From Candidatus Entotheonellaceae bacterium (lineage in GTDB: Bacteria; Tectomicrobia; Entotheonellia; Entotheonellales; Entotheonellaceae), in assembly GCA_965238075.1 (NCBI GenBank), contig OZ250173.1, positions 32,001 through 96,000 on the forward strand: a stretch of 64,000 bases of DNA, written 5' to 3'. Of this stretch, positions 30,584 through 40,202 are shown piece after piece. Position 1 is the stretch's first letter. The number at the start of each line of letters is the position of its first letter. Both the position numbers and the translations under genes were made by a program. Below the pieces are notes generated by a model that had not been told where the DNA came from, ran no database searches, and saw only the letters and a list, made by a program, of their open reading frames with translations.

Positions 30584-32713
30584 ATGTGGGAAATGCTTTC
30601 CTACCCCTTCTTCCAATCGGCGCTCATCGCCGGCACCTTGTCCGCGGCCATGTGTGCTCTGGTGGGGGTGTACGTCCTGCTCAAGCGCATCGTGTTCGTC
30701 GGCATTGCGCTGGCCCAGCTTGCTTCACTGGGTGTGGCGGTGGCTTTGCTTATCGACGTGCACCCGATGATCATGGCCCTGGTGACGACCTTGACGGGTG
30801 TGGCCTGTTTTGCATTGACCCGTACCGGCCAGCGCGTTCCGCAAGAGGGCGTGATCGGTGCCAGCTACGTGATGGCGGCGGCCCTCGGCATCATTTGCGT
30901 GGCCAAGAATCCCGTGGGCGAGGCGCGCAATCTGAAGGTGCTGTTCGGCAACATCCTGTCCGTTCACACGGGGGAGATGGTGGCCCTCGCCGTGCTTTTG
31001 GCGGTGCTGGCCATCGTACACGTGGTTTTCTACAAGGAGTTCCTGTTCGTATCTTTCGACCCGGAAACCGCCCAGGCTCAGGGAATCAACGTCCGCGGGT
31101 GGGACCTTCTGCTGTACCTCACCATCGGTCTGGCGATTGCGTTTTCCATTCACTCAATGGGAGTGTTACTCGTGTTTGCACTACTGCTTGTTCCAGCCAT
31201 GACGGCGCGCCTTGTGGCGCACAGGATGATGGCTTTGTTTGCCCTGGCCATTGCTTTCGGGGTTGTCGCAGTTCCGCTCGGTCTGTATCTGGCTGTGCGC
31301 ATCGACCTGCCGACCGGCACCGCGGTGGCCGGCACCTGCGTGGTGATGCTGTTGGCCGTCCTGACGGGTCGCGGTTTGTATCGCAGTGTTGGACGCTTGG
31401 CGTCGGGGGCGGCGGTGCTGATGCTGGTATTTAGCTTGGCAATACCGGGTTCCGTTTCCGCCCAGGAGACGGATGTTGAACAGCGTCTGCAGGAGTTGCA
31501 GCAGGAAATACAAGAGCTTCGTAACAGCCTGCGCGGCCAGCAGTTGCGGCTGCCGGGCGGCTTGCTGCTCAACCCGGAAATGCGCGTCGAAGGCAACTTC
31601 CAAGGCAATCGAGGCTGGGGCTTGCAACGAAACGCCGAGTACGAGGGTTTCCCCAACAACCGCTTCAATATCCGTGAGGTCGAACTCGGCTTCCGGGCCT
31701 CGGTGGACCCCTTCGCGGTTCTGGAAACGGTTATCAGCGCCCAGCGTCTGGTGGAAATCGAATTTGAGGACGGGGAAGAGGAATTGCCCCGCGAACTCGA
31801 TTCCGAAGTGGAATTCGAGGAGGCGCACCTGACCTTTGCGCGGCTGCCGCTGCGCTTGCGCGGCAAGCTGGGTCTCATGCGCACCAGCTTCGGTGAGTAC
31901 AACGACGATGACCCCGATGAGTTCCCGCAAATCGACCCGCCAAACGTTATCGTGCATCTCTATGGCGAGGAAGGCGAGGGCTGGAAGGAACCCGGCCTCA
32001 ACCTGAACTACCAGTTCGCCAGCCCGTTTTCCGAACGCATGACGCACGTCATCTGGTTTGGGCTCTACAGCGGCGAAAATGGGACTGCCTTTCACGGCGG
32101 GCAGCTTGACAAGCCGGTTTGGTTCACGCGGGCTGAGTTGTTCTACGAAGTGGCGCCGCGGGCAGGTCTGGAACTCGGCCTCAGTTTTGCTGCCGGGAAG
32201 CGCTTCGAATGCTTTGAACCTGGTGCACCCTTGGAATGTTTTGAGGGCGATGACGGCGCCGAAATGCTCGCCGGGGAATTCGATACCATGCTCATGAACG
32301 TCCACTTCGAGTTCGATTGGCGGCCGCCGTTGTACAGCTTGGAGCACAGTTTCGGCTTCTTGAGCGAAATTTTTTATTCCAGCGTGGAGCGCACGGACGG
32401 CACGCTGAATCAGTGGGGTGGTTACGCACTGTTTCAGTACGGCATCAATGCCAATTTGGCCCTTGGCGCCCGTCTCGACGTGGCTGAATGCCCCGGATTT
32501 TCTTCGTCGTTGTGCGTCGTCATGGAGAGCGACACACCCATCGAGGACCGCTCCGAGTGGGCCTTCTCACCCATCCTCACCTACAACCCGAGCCCCTTTC
32601 TGACCCTGCGGGCGCAATACAAGCACACGCAGCGAAATTACGCCGAGGATTCCCAAGAAATCCTCCTCCAGGCCCTGTTCATCATCGGCTACGAGCGTTC
32701 GGAACCGTTCTAG
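30584..32713 (+). CDS. Fusion: metal ABC permease (ZnuB-like, about aa 1-265) + signal-peptide-like linker + acidic outer-membrane porin-like domain
   Basis: LVGVYVLLKR, LFGNILSV, SFDPETAQAQG, GVLLVFALLLVPA; then SVSA-QE, coiled coil, EVELGFRASVDPF, amphipathic strands, C-terminal Phe; no internal stop. Confidence 0.85.
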   Translation: MWEMLSYPFFQSALIAGTLSAAMCALVGVYVLLKRIVFVGIALAQLASLGVAVALLIDVHPMIMALVTTLTGVACFALTRTGQRVPQEGVIGASYVMAAALGIICVAKNPVGEARNLKVLFGNILSVHTGEMVALAVLLAVLAIVHVVFYKEFLFVSFDPETAQAQGINVRGWDLLLYLTIGLAIAFSIHSMGVLLVFALLLVPAMTARLVAHRMMALFALAIAFGVVAVPLGLYLAVRIDLPTGTAVAGTCVVMLLAVLTGRGLYRSVGRLASGAAVLMLVFSLAIPGSVSAQETDVEQRLQELQQEIQELRNSLRGQQLRLPGGLLLNPEMRVEGNFQGNRGWGLQRNAEYEGFPNNRFNIREVELGFRASVDPFAVLETVISAQRLVEIEFEDGEEELPRELDSEVEFEEAHLTFARLPLRLRGKLGLMRTSFGEYNDDDPDEFPQIDPPNVIVHLYGEEGEGWKEPGLNLNYQFASPFSERMTHVIWFGLYSGENGTAFHGGQLDKPVWFTRAELFYEVAPRAGLELGLSFAAGKRFECFEPGAPLECFEGDDGAEMLAGEFDTMLMNVHFEFDWRPPLYSLEHSFGFLSEIFYSSVERTDGTLNQWGGYALFQYGINANLALGARLDVAECPGFSSSLCVVMESDTPIEDRSEWAFSPILTYNPSPFLTLRAQYKHTQRNYAEDSQEILLQALFIIGYERSEPF

Positions 32714-32725
32714 GAGGAAGTACCA

Positions 32726-33688
32726 GTGACCAGGTTTTCTGTAACTCTACGTTCGGCAGTGTTGGGGGTTCTGACCCTGGCATTCGTGTTGACCTCCGGC
32801 GGTTGGGCCGCTGAGCACGGACAGTCCGCGTTCCTGGTTGGGAGCACCACCGACTTTACCGCCATTGCCAAGGAGATCGGTGGGGATCGGGTGCAGGTCT
32901 ACGCGCCGCTGCCCGGGTACCAGGAGCCCGAGCTGTACATCGAAGAGGTGTTTCCGTCCTGGATCATCCAGGCGTCGCGGGCGGACGGCTATATCCGCAT
33001 CGGGCTTTTCGCCGACGTATGGGCGGATATCTTGGTTATCGATGCGCGCAATCCGCTCATCTATCCCGGCGCGCCCGGACACGTGGACGCCTCGCAAGGC
33101 ATCCACGTGCTGGAAGTCCCGACCGGCCCGCTGGACCGCTCCCGTGGCGAGATTCACCTGCAAGGCAACCCGCATTACCTGCTGGACCCGCTGAACGCCA
33201 AGATCGTTGCGGACAGCATCCTGCGGGCGCTGGTGGCTATGTCGCCCGAGGAGGCGGATTTCTTCACGGCCAACACCGAGGACTTCAAGCGCCGCATCGA
33301 CGAGGCCATGGAGCGCTGGCAGGACATGGCCGCGCCCTTGCGGGGCAAGAAGCTGGCGGCTTATCACCGCACCTGGACCTACCTGTTGCGGCGTTTCGGC
33401 CTGGATATCGTGGGTTACGTGGAGCCCAAGCCCGGCATTGCGCCGTCGCCGCTGGAAATCCGCAATCTGGTCAGGGCGATGGTGCGGGACAACGTTCGCC
33501 TGATCATCCACGCGCCGGTCTATCACCCGCGCACGCCGCGCGCCGTGGCTCGTCAGGTATTGGGTCGGATAGGCGAGCCCGTCACGGTGCTGAAGCTACC
33601 GGCGCACGTCGGCGGGGTGCCCGAAGCGGACAGTTATTTTGCCCTCTTCGATTACATCTTGACGACGTTGAACGAGGTCCTCAATTGA
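32726..33688 (+). CDS. Metal ABC transporter substrate-binding protein (ZnuA/TroA-like)
   Basis: IAKEIGGDRV, GNPHYLLDP, YHRTWTY, EPKPGIAPS; the usual DPH motif reads EPE. Confidence 0.9.
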   Translation: MTRFSVTLRSAVLGVLTLAFVLTSGGWAAEHGQSAFLVGSTTDFTAIAKEIGGDRVQVYAPLPGYQEPELYIEEVFPSWIIQASRADGYIRIGLFADVWADILVIDARNPLIYPGAPGHVDASQGIHVLEVPTGPLDRSRGEIHLQGNPHYLLDPLNAKIVADSILRALVAMSPEEADFFTANTEDFKRRIDEAMERWQDMAAPLRGKKLAAYHRTWTYLLRRFGLDIVGYVEPKPGIAPSPLEIRNLVRAMVRDNVRLIIHAPVYHPRTPRAVARQVLGRIGEPVTVLKLPAHVGGVPEADSYFALFDYILTTLNEVLN

Positions 33689-33774
33689 GGTAGGCTTGCC
33701 GCCGGCTGATCGACGAGGGTTCCTGTCGATCAGCCGGTCTACCATTATTTCAACCAACATTAGGAAGGCTAAAC

Positions 33775-34587
33775 ATGCGTATCACCGGACGGAGTCTCGT
33801 GCCGCTGGGCGCAGTCATCATGCTGCTGTTCTGCGCCGCCACGGCTGCCGCGCTCGAGGTCCGGCTCATCTATGTGGGCAGCACCGACGAGGCGGCATGG
33901 TTCGGCGTCTTGCAGGGTCAGCATGAGGCCAACATCCAGGGGCGTTTTCTCGACCAGACCTATACCGTGGAAGCGATGACGCCGGAGGCGTTGTCACAGG
34001 CGAATCAGCAAGCCGCTGCGATAATCGCAGCGGGCGACGCATCAGCGGCACAAAGCCTGAGCGAGGCGATGCCCGGCGTCGCCGTGTTTAACGTGACGGC
34101 TGACGACGACGCCCTGCGCCAGGCTTGCACCGCGAATCTGTTGCACGTTCCACCCAGCAACGCCATGAAGGCAGATGCGGTGGCGCAGTGGCTGCAGAAG
34201 AACCCCGACGCCAGCGTGGAGGCGCGTGCCTGGCATCCCAAATTCGTCAAGTATGCTGCTCGTGACCTGAACAAGCGCTTCCTGAAGGTTCAGGGCGTTG
34301 CGATGAACGACGACGCTTGGGCCGGCTGGGCTGCAGTGCGTATGGTCGCCGAGGCCGTCATACGGACGCAGTCGACGGACCCTTCTGCCCTGCTTTCCTT
34401 CGTGAAGACTGAGATTGCCTTCGACGGGCAAAAGGGCATCTCCCATACCTTCCGTGATACCGGTCAACTGCGGCAGCGGCTCCTCATTGTTGACGACGCT
34501 GGCAAGCTGACCGGCGAAGCCCCGGTGCGGGGTGTGGCCGACACGACGGACCTCGACAGTCTCGGCATACCCTCGTGCCAGCGGTGA
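33775..34587 (+). CDS. PQQ-ADH-system ABC substrate-binding-like protein (LutA/PedA1-like, short)
   Basis: EANIQGRFL, DDALR..C..NLLH..PS..MKADAVAQW, LNKRF, WAAVRMVAEAV, DGQKG, FR..GQLRQ. Confidence 0.75.
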   Translation: MRITGRSLVPLGAVIMLLFCAATAAALEVRLIYVGSTDEAAWFGVLQGQHEANIQGRFLDQTYTVEAMTPEALSQANQQAAAIIAAGDASAAQSLSEAMPGVAVFNVTADDDALRQACTANLLHVPPSNAMKADAVAQWLQKNPDASVEARAWHPKFVKYAARDLNKRFLKVQGVAMNDDAWAGWAAVRMVAEAVIRTQSTDPSALLSFVKTEIAFDGQKGISHTFRDTGQLRQRLLIVDDAGKLTGEAPVRGVADTTDLDSLGIPSCQR

Positions 34588-34606
34588 AGGTTTCCCGGTT
34601 GGCAAG

Positions 34607-34686
34607 AGCCTGCCCTGGCCCCCGGATTAGGTCCGGGGCAGGCTTCGATCCGGGGTCAGTGGATTCCGGGTCAAGCCCGGAATGAC
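34607..34686 (-). repeat. Composite REP-like element
   Basis: 34660-34686 is the exact reverse complement of 15055-15081, preceded by a cccggattaggtccggggcaggcttc unit. Confidence 0.8.
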
Positions 34687-34746
34687 GATGACGGTTTTAC
34701 TGGCCACCAACCGCTACTGACTAATCACTACTTTCACGGGAAGGAC

Positions 34747-35712
34747 ATGACGTTTATGCGACCGATAGCTTTTGCAATGCTCGTGTTTCTCATCCTGGCC
34801 GTCGGGACTGCTGCAGCTGAGCCGACTTACCGCGTTTTTGTCACCAATGAGCGCGACGATTCCGTGTCGGTCATTGATAGCCGCACCAACGAGGTAGAGG
34901 CCACCATCGACGTTGGCGACCGCCCGCGTGGTATTGGCTTTTCTCCTGACCGGGCTTACGTTTATGTGGCGCTCGGCGAGGAAAACGCCATCGGCGTCAT
35001 CGATGCGCGCACCCTCGAGGTTGTCAAGAAGGTATCCGCGGGTTCCGACCCCGAGGCATTCGCCGTGCACCCGAACGGCAACATCTACCTGTCCAATGAA
35101 GACGCGAACCTCGCCACGGTCCTCAATCCGGTCTCTGGAGACATTCTGGCCGAAATCCCAGTCGGCATCGAGCCCGAAGGCGTGGGGGTGTCGCCGGACG
35201 GCTCACGGGTCATGGTGACCAGCGAGAGCACCTTCATGGTGCACGTCATTGCCGTGCCGGAGCACGAGGTAGTGGCCAACGTGTTAGTGGGTGCTCGCCC
35301 GCGAGAGGTGACGTTTTCGACAGATGGCAAATGGGCCTATGTGACCAGCGAGATCAGCGGCCAGGTGAGCAAGATCGACGTGGCGGCCAATGCCGTAGTG
35401 CTGCAGGTGCGGCTGGACGTTCCCAAGGCCAAGCCCAAGGGCGTAGTGGTCAGCCCGGATCAGAGAACCCTGTACGTCTCCACTGGCAGTGGCAACATGA
35501 TTGCGGCGTTGAACGCCGATACGCTTGAGCTGCTGGGCACCGTCAAGGTTGGCAAGCGGGTCTGGGGTATCGCACTGTCGCGGGACGGCTCCCGCCTGTA
35601 CACCTGCAATGGTGTCGATGACACGGTGTCAGTCGTGGATACCGCCAGCCTGACCGTCGTTGCCACCATTCAGGTAGGTACGGCGCCCTGGGGTGTGGTC
35701 ATTGATGATTGA
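34747..35712 (+). CDS. PQQ-catabolism-associated YVTN beta-propeller protein (LutB/PedA2-like)
   Basis: VFVTNE, VGDRPRG, GSDPEAF, VGIEPEG, VGKRVWG, VGTAPWGV repeats. Confidence 0.88.
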   Translation: MTFMRPIAFAMLVFLILAVGTAAAEPTYRVFVTNERDDSVSVIDSRTNEVEATIDVGDRPRGIGFSPDRAYVYVALGEENAIGVIDARTLEVVKKVSAGSDPEAFAVHPNGNIYLSNEDANLATVLNPVSGDILAEIPVGIEPEGVGVSPDGSRVMVTSESTFMVHVIAVPEHEVVANVLVGARPREVTFSTDGKWAYVTSEISGQVSKIDVAANAVVLQVRLDVPKAKPKGVVVSPDQRTLYVSTGSGNMIAALNADTLELLGTVKVGKRVWGIALSRDGSRLYTCNGVDDTVSVVDTASLTVVATIQVGTAPWGVVIDD

Positions 35713-35731
35713 TTGAAGGGTTCCTTGGCCC

Positions 35732-35786
35732 AAACAAAAGCGGGGCAGCAGAGGAGGGATGACTCTGCTGCCCCGCTTCTGTGTTT
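35732..35786. terminator. Bidirectional terminator
   Basis: aagcggggcagcagag...ctctgctgccccgctt between convergent genes. Confidence 0.75.
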
Positions 35787-35798
35787 ATGGCCCGACGA

Positions 35799-36257
35799 TT
35801 AAGAACTGTCGTGACGGGCGATCTTGGCCCGCAGCTCCTCGGCCAGGGTGGCGTCAAGTTCCTCCAGGATCACCAGATGTGACCTGGCCTCCGACACCTT
35901 GCCAACCGTCAACAGGGCTTCGCCCATGTACTCATGCGCCTCCGCCAAGTCCGGCTGCAGGTCGAGGGCCTTCCGGTACAGCTCGATGGCGCGTTCGAAC
36001 TGGCCCATGCGGCGGAACGAGTAGGCCATGTTCGTGTAGGCCATGGCATGGGTCGGGTCCGCGGCAATCACCTTCTCGAAAGCCTCGACGGCCTGGCGAA
36101 ATTTGCCAGCCTTAAGGAGGTCGTAACCCGTTTCGTAGTCCGTCGGCTGAGCCTGGGGCGCCAGCGCGCTGCCCTCGGTCATGCCCTCATCGGCAAGGGT
36201 CAATCCCGGGACCACGAGCAGAAAACCACACATCAGCGCAAGCCCTATCTGCCGCAT
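35799..36257 (-). CDS. Exported TPR protein
   Basis: Signal peptide; AYTNMAYSFR, YRKAL, AHEYMGEA. Confidence 0.85.
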   Translation of the reverse strand: MRQIGLALMCGFLLVVPGLTLADEGMTEGSALAPQAQPTDYETGYDLLKAGKFRQAVEAFEKVIAADPTHAMAYTNMAYSFRRMGQFERAIELYRKALDLQPDLAEAHEYMGEALLTVGKVSEARSHLVILEELDATLAEELRAKIARHDSS

Positions 36258-36285
36258 GGATTTGCCTCCTCTTTTCCAAACTCCG

Positions 36286-37446
36286 TTAGGATCTATCCTC
36301 GCTCCAGGGCGGCGTGTACGAAACGCCGTATTGCGACATCAACTCGGAAACCTGCTGTTCTGCCGCCAGTTCGCTGAGAACGCCATTGAGGATTTCACGC
36401 AGGTCATAGTCATTCTTGCGCACCCCAATGGCGACGTTCCACAGCAGGTTCGGGTCTGATACATACCCATCCACCGGCTTTACGGTGCTATCGGGGCGGT
36501 TTTTGAGCCACCAATCCATTTCCAGTGCGGGCACCAGGGCCACCTCCATATCCCCCTTCTGCACGGCCTGCAGGGCGTCGTGGCTGGATGCAAACGGTCT
36601 GCAGGCGTAACCTGATTGGAGAAGGACCTTTTCCGCCTGTGACTTTAGCGGCACCGCCGTCGTCCTGTCGGCCAACTCCATCACGTCCTGCACCTCGGAT
36701 GCCTGCTCGCCGCGTACCAAGGTATAGCCGGTACCGAAATAGGGCTCCGTCAGGATAACACGGTCGATGGCCTCTTGTTGAACCGGCACGCCCATGAACA
36801 TATCGCAGCGTTTCTGGACCAGCGAGAGGCTCAGGGCGCCCAGCACGCCGCCGCGCCGCGACGTGGCCCAGAAATACTGTGTCTTCAGCCCCATGCGGCC
36901 AGCGATTTCCTCGGCGAGCGCAATGTCAAAGCCGCCTGGCGAACTCTTGTCGGAGGCGGGCAACTGATTCGGCATGGCACAAACCGTGAGGACCCCCTTC
37001 TCTCTGGCTTCGTAGAGAGCGCCCTTATATTCGGTGCGCAGGTAGGCAATGATGGACCAGATGTTCATGGGTTGAACACGGGCGCCAAAAGCCCCCATCG
37101 GCGTGCCCGGGCGGCCGGCGACGATGGTTGCAAAAATGTCGGTATCCGATCCGCCCCAGGTCCAGACTCCATCCTGCAGATTGGGCCCCTTGGCGCCCTT
37201 GCCGCGGGTGCCGTGGCAGATGGAGCAATAACGGTGGAACAGGTTGTATCCTTTTTTGATCGCTTCCGGGTGGCCGTGTAGGGGGTTGGTAATATCCTGC
37301 GCCTGAACGGACGCGGGTGTGGACAAGAACAGTCCAAGCATCCCCGCGCAAAGCAGAACGCCCAAGCTCCCCGCGGTGAGACCCCAACGCATGATCATGG
37401 ATGCCAGATGCCCCGGCCATCTCTTTCCAGAAACCCGCTGCCTCAT
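36286..37446 (-). CDS. Cytochrome c + MxaJ/XoxJ-like substrate-binding domain fusion
   Basis: CSICH and GRPGTPM, then LTVCA...NQLP...RCDMFMGVP...TEPYF...IGVRKND. Confidence 0.8.
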   Translation of the reverse strand: MRQRVSGKRWPGHLASMIMRWGLTAGSLGVLLCAGMLGLFLSTPASVQAQDITNPLHGHPEAIKKGYNLFHRYCSICHGTRGKGAKGPNLQDGVWTWGGSDTDIFATIVAGRPGTPMGAFGARVQPMNIWSIIAYLRTEYKGALYEAREKGVLTVCAMPNQLPASDKSSPGGFDIALAEEIAGRMGLKTQYFWATSRRGGVLGALSLSLVQKRCDMFMGVPVQQEAIDRVILTEPYFGTGYTLVRGEQASEVQDVMELADRTTAVPLKSQAEKVLLQSGYACRPFASSHDALQAVQKGDMEVALVPALEMDWWLKNRPDSTVKPVDGYVSDPNLLWNVAIGVRKNDYDLREILNGVLSELAAEQQVSELMSQYGVSYTPPWSEDRS

Positions 37447-37577
37447 ATCCAGACTCCCTCCTGTGTACGTGGTCTTCGACGTTCCCGACTGTGGCATGTT
37501 GGCTCTGCCAAGGTTCCCCTGCGAGCCAGCGCCTTTTACAGGAGTCGGCCAAGGGTGTCAAGAGCCGACGCCGCGCG

Positions 37578-38180
37578 TCAGATCGTGCGTTTGAAGCCAA
37601 CTTTGCCGATGAACTTCCCTGCCACCATCAGAACGCCGTTGACCGTCTTGAGCGGCAGGATGGGAAGGCGCTTGGGCGTCGGCCCGCCGACCACCCTCGC
37701 CATGTTCGTCGGGTCATATTCCGAGTAGTGGCACGGGCACTTGACGGTTCGCGTCGCTTTCATCCACAGAGCCACCGGACAACCGGCATGCGTGCAGACT
37801 GCGGAATAAGCGACAATGCCGTCCGCCGAATGGGGTTGCGTGGACCCCGCGATTTCTTCGGGCTTGAAGCGCACTAGCATCACTTTGTTGAGGCGCGAGC
37901 CGTTACGCACCACCTTGTTGACCGGCTCGAACGGGTAAGCAAACACCTGGGGCCCGCCCAGCGGGATGTCCTCGGGCTTGACGACTTCACCCATGTTGTC
38001 GCCCTGCGCGAAAACAAACTGATCGTTCTCCTGCGGACGCATTTTCCGGGGCTCCTTGCTGCGCGCCGCGGCCAGTTTCCAGCCGCTCAAAGCAAATCCT
38101 GCACCCATCAGCATTTTCAGCAGTATCCGGCGTTCGAACAGTCGTTTTACCCATAAGCCGGTTCGGCGTATTTCTGCCAC
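37578..38180 (-). CDS. Rieske 2Fe-2S protein with Tat-like signal
   Basis: CTHAGC, CPCHYS, GPTPKRLP; ERRILLK N-terminus; GTG start with GAGGAG. Confidence 0.9.
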   Translation of the reverse strand: MAEIRRTGLWVKRLFERRILLKMLMGAGFALSGWKLAAARSKEPRKMRPQENDQFVFAQGDNMGEVVKPEDIPLGGPQVFAYPFEPVNKVVRNGSRLNKVMLVRFKPEEIAGSTQPHSADGIVAYSAVCTHAGCPVALWMKATRTVKCPCHYSEYDPTNMARVVGGPTPKRLPILPLKTVNGVLMVAGKFIGKVGFKRTI

Positions 38181-38353
38181 GCGTGACTCCTCGACATTGT
38201 GTAGTTTAAGGTGACACCTTGAACAAGGCCCTCTGGCGCCACCAAAGGCGGCCCGAAACGCCATGGCTACAACAAACGAGCAATGACTGTCAAGACCAAA
38301 GTCCGCATGAAGGGAGACGTTTGGGGGCGTGTTTTAGCAACCCCATATTGCAT

Positions 38354-38382
38354 TTGACTCTACCTAAAACCATCCCTATGCT
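38354..38382 (+). promoter_or_regulatory. Putative sigma70 promoter
   Basis: TTGACT-17 nt-TATGCT. Confidence 0.55.
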
Positions 38383-38489
38383 ACGCTCCGCCAAAGGCGC
38401 TCGAAGCGCGATGGCTACTGTTGTTCCTGAGGCGATGTCATACGTTCTGCGTCTCACGATCCATGACACGGCAAGGAGGATGGCAGGTT

Positions 38490-39812
38490 ATGGAGTTCAA
38501 TATATTCGAGCATTTCAAAGGTATGGGCATCACGTCCAATGGGCCCACGAATCACTACGAGCAAGGGGCAAATTACTTCTCCAGCGGGCATCTCGGCGCT
38601 CGCGTTCGCGATCGGCTCGATAGCTTCGCGGAGCGGGTCAACATGCCGCGCCGCAGTTTCATGAAGACGGTCTGCGGCTTTACGGGCGCGATGCTGGCGG
38701 TGAACCAGGCGACCGGCATGCGCTTCTTTGACGTTTCCGAGGCCGAGGCCGTGGAACAAGCGGCGGCGCACGAGAAGAACGCGCTGCTGAAATCCCACCT
38801 CAACTACGTCGTCGACCAGCACACGCACATCTGCTGGCGCCGGGACGGCTTTGTGGCCGGCGTGAACACCTCCGAAAAGGGTATGTGGTTCGTCAATCTC
38901 CTGGACGGGCTGGGCAAGGCCATGGGCCTGGAGAAGGGCATCCAGGACATGACCGTGGAGAATTACGGCAAGCTCATCCTTGAAGAGAGCGACACCACGG
39001 TTGGCATCTTCAACCCGTTCGGCTTCCGCGAGGACTACGGCGGCCAGGATATGATCCCCATCGAGGAACAGGTAGAGGTTCGCAACCGCTGGCCCAACCG
39101 CACCATCATGATGGGCGGCGGCCTGACGCCCAACCAGGGACTGGAATTCACCCTCGACCGGCTGCAGATGTTCGTCGAGGACTACCAGATCTCCGGCCTC
39201 AAGCTCTACACGTTTGATTCCACCCCGCAACGCGGCTGGTGGTTCGACGATGTGAAGCTGGCCTATCCGATCTGGGAAAAGTGCCGTGAACTCGGGATCA
39301 AAAACATCGGCTGCCACAAGGGTATCCCCTTCGGGCAATTCATGGCGCGCTACGCCCACGCCGAGGATTTCGATGCCGTCGCCGATGATTTCACGGACAT
39401 GAACTGGATCGCGTTCCACTCCGCGTGGCCCTATCACGGCGAGTTGGCCGCGCTGAAGTCTTTCAAGCCGCAGCGCAACAATCTGTTCTGCGAACTGGGA
39501 TCGACGTTCGCGGCGACCGTCACCAGCCGTCCGCTGGACTGCGCTCACGTGCTCGGAACCCTGCTGCGCGACCTCGGTTCTGATGCCGTGCTGTGGGGCA
39601 CCGACTCCGTGCTGTGGGGCAACCCGCAGTGGCAGATCGAGGCCTTCCGGCGCTTCCGTATCCCCGATGAGTTGGTCGAAGGGTACGGTTACCCGCAGTT
39701 GACGGATGAGCTCAAGGCCAAGGTGTTGGGCACCAACGCCGCGCGCTTGTGGGGGCTCGAGACCGCTTCTAACACGCCTCCGGCCGAACCGTCCAGGATC
39801 GTAGCCGCGTAG
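38490..39812 (+). CDS. Amidohydrolase-2 family protein with internal Tat-like motif
   Basis: RRSFMK, DQHTH, GLKLY, CHKG, FHSAWP, LWGTDS, GNPQWQI. Confidence 0.85.
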   Translation: MEFNIFEHFKGMGITSNGPTNHYEQGANYFSSGHLGARVRDRLDSFAERVNMPRRSFMKTVCGFTGAMLAVNQATGMRFFDVSEAEAVEQAAAHEKNALLKSHLNYVVDQHTHICWRRDGFVAGVNTSEKGMWFVNLLDGLGKAMGLEKGIQDMTVENYGKLILEESDTTVGIFNPFGFREDYGGQDMIPIEEQVEVRNRWPNRTIMMGGGLTPNQGLEFTLDRLQMFVEDYQISGLKLYTFDSTPQRGWWFDDVKLAYPIWEKCRELGIKNIGCHKGIPFGQFMARYAHAEDFDAVADDFTDMNWIAFHSAWPYHGELAALKSFKPQRNNLFCELGSTFAATVTSRPLDCAHVLGTLLRDLGSDAVLWGTDSVLWGNPQWQIEAFRRFRIPDELVEGYGYPQLTDELKAKVLGTNAARLWGLETASNTPPAEPSRIVAA

Positions 39813-39884
39813 GACAAACCGGGCCAGGGATGTTGGAACACGCATCCCTGGCCTTTGCTTTGGCCTTTCGGCAGGAGTCCGGAT

Positions 39885-40172
39885 ATGCCTGTCTATGAAT
39901 ACGAATGCAGTCCGTGCTTGGTCATCTATCAAGTGTTGCAAGGGATGAACGACGAGCCTTTGCAGACGTGTCAGAAGTGTTCCGGCTCCGTGCGGCGCGT
40001 CATGTCGGCGGCAAATCTGAACACGCGCAACTACTCCAGCCCAACCGAGGCGAAGTACGCCAAGATGAGCCACACCGAGGAAATGGCGCGCGAGAAGGAA
40101 TTGCAGCGCGACTACGAAACCGTCTGGTTGCCGCCGCAGGTGAAGCACGATCCTTGGGATCACGATCACTAA
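39885..40172 (+). CDS. FmdB-family zinc-ribbon protein
   Basis: MPVYEYECSPC...CQKC...RRVMS. Confidence 0.85.
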   Translation: MPVYEYECSPCLVIYQVLQGMNDEPLQTCQKCSGSVRRVMSAANLNTRNYSSPTEAKYAKMSHTEEMAREKELQRDYETVWLPPQVKHDPWDHDH

Positions 40173-40202
40173 GTCCATCCACATACGAAGGAGTTACGGT
40201 TC

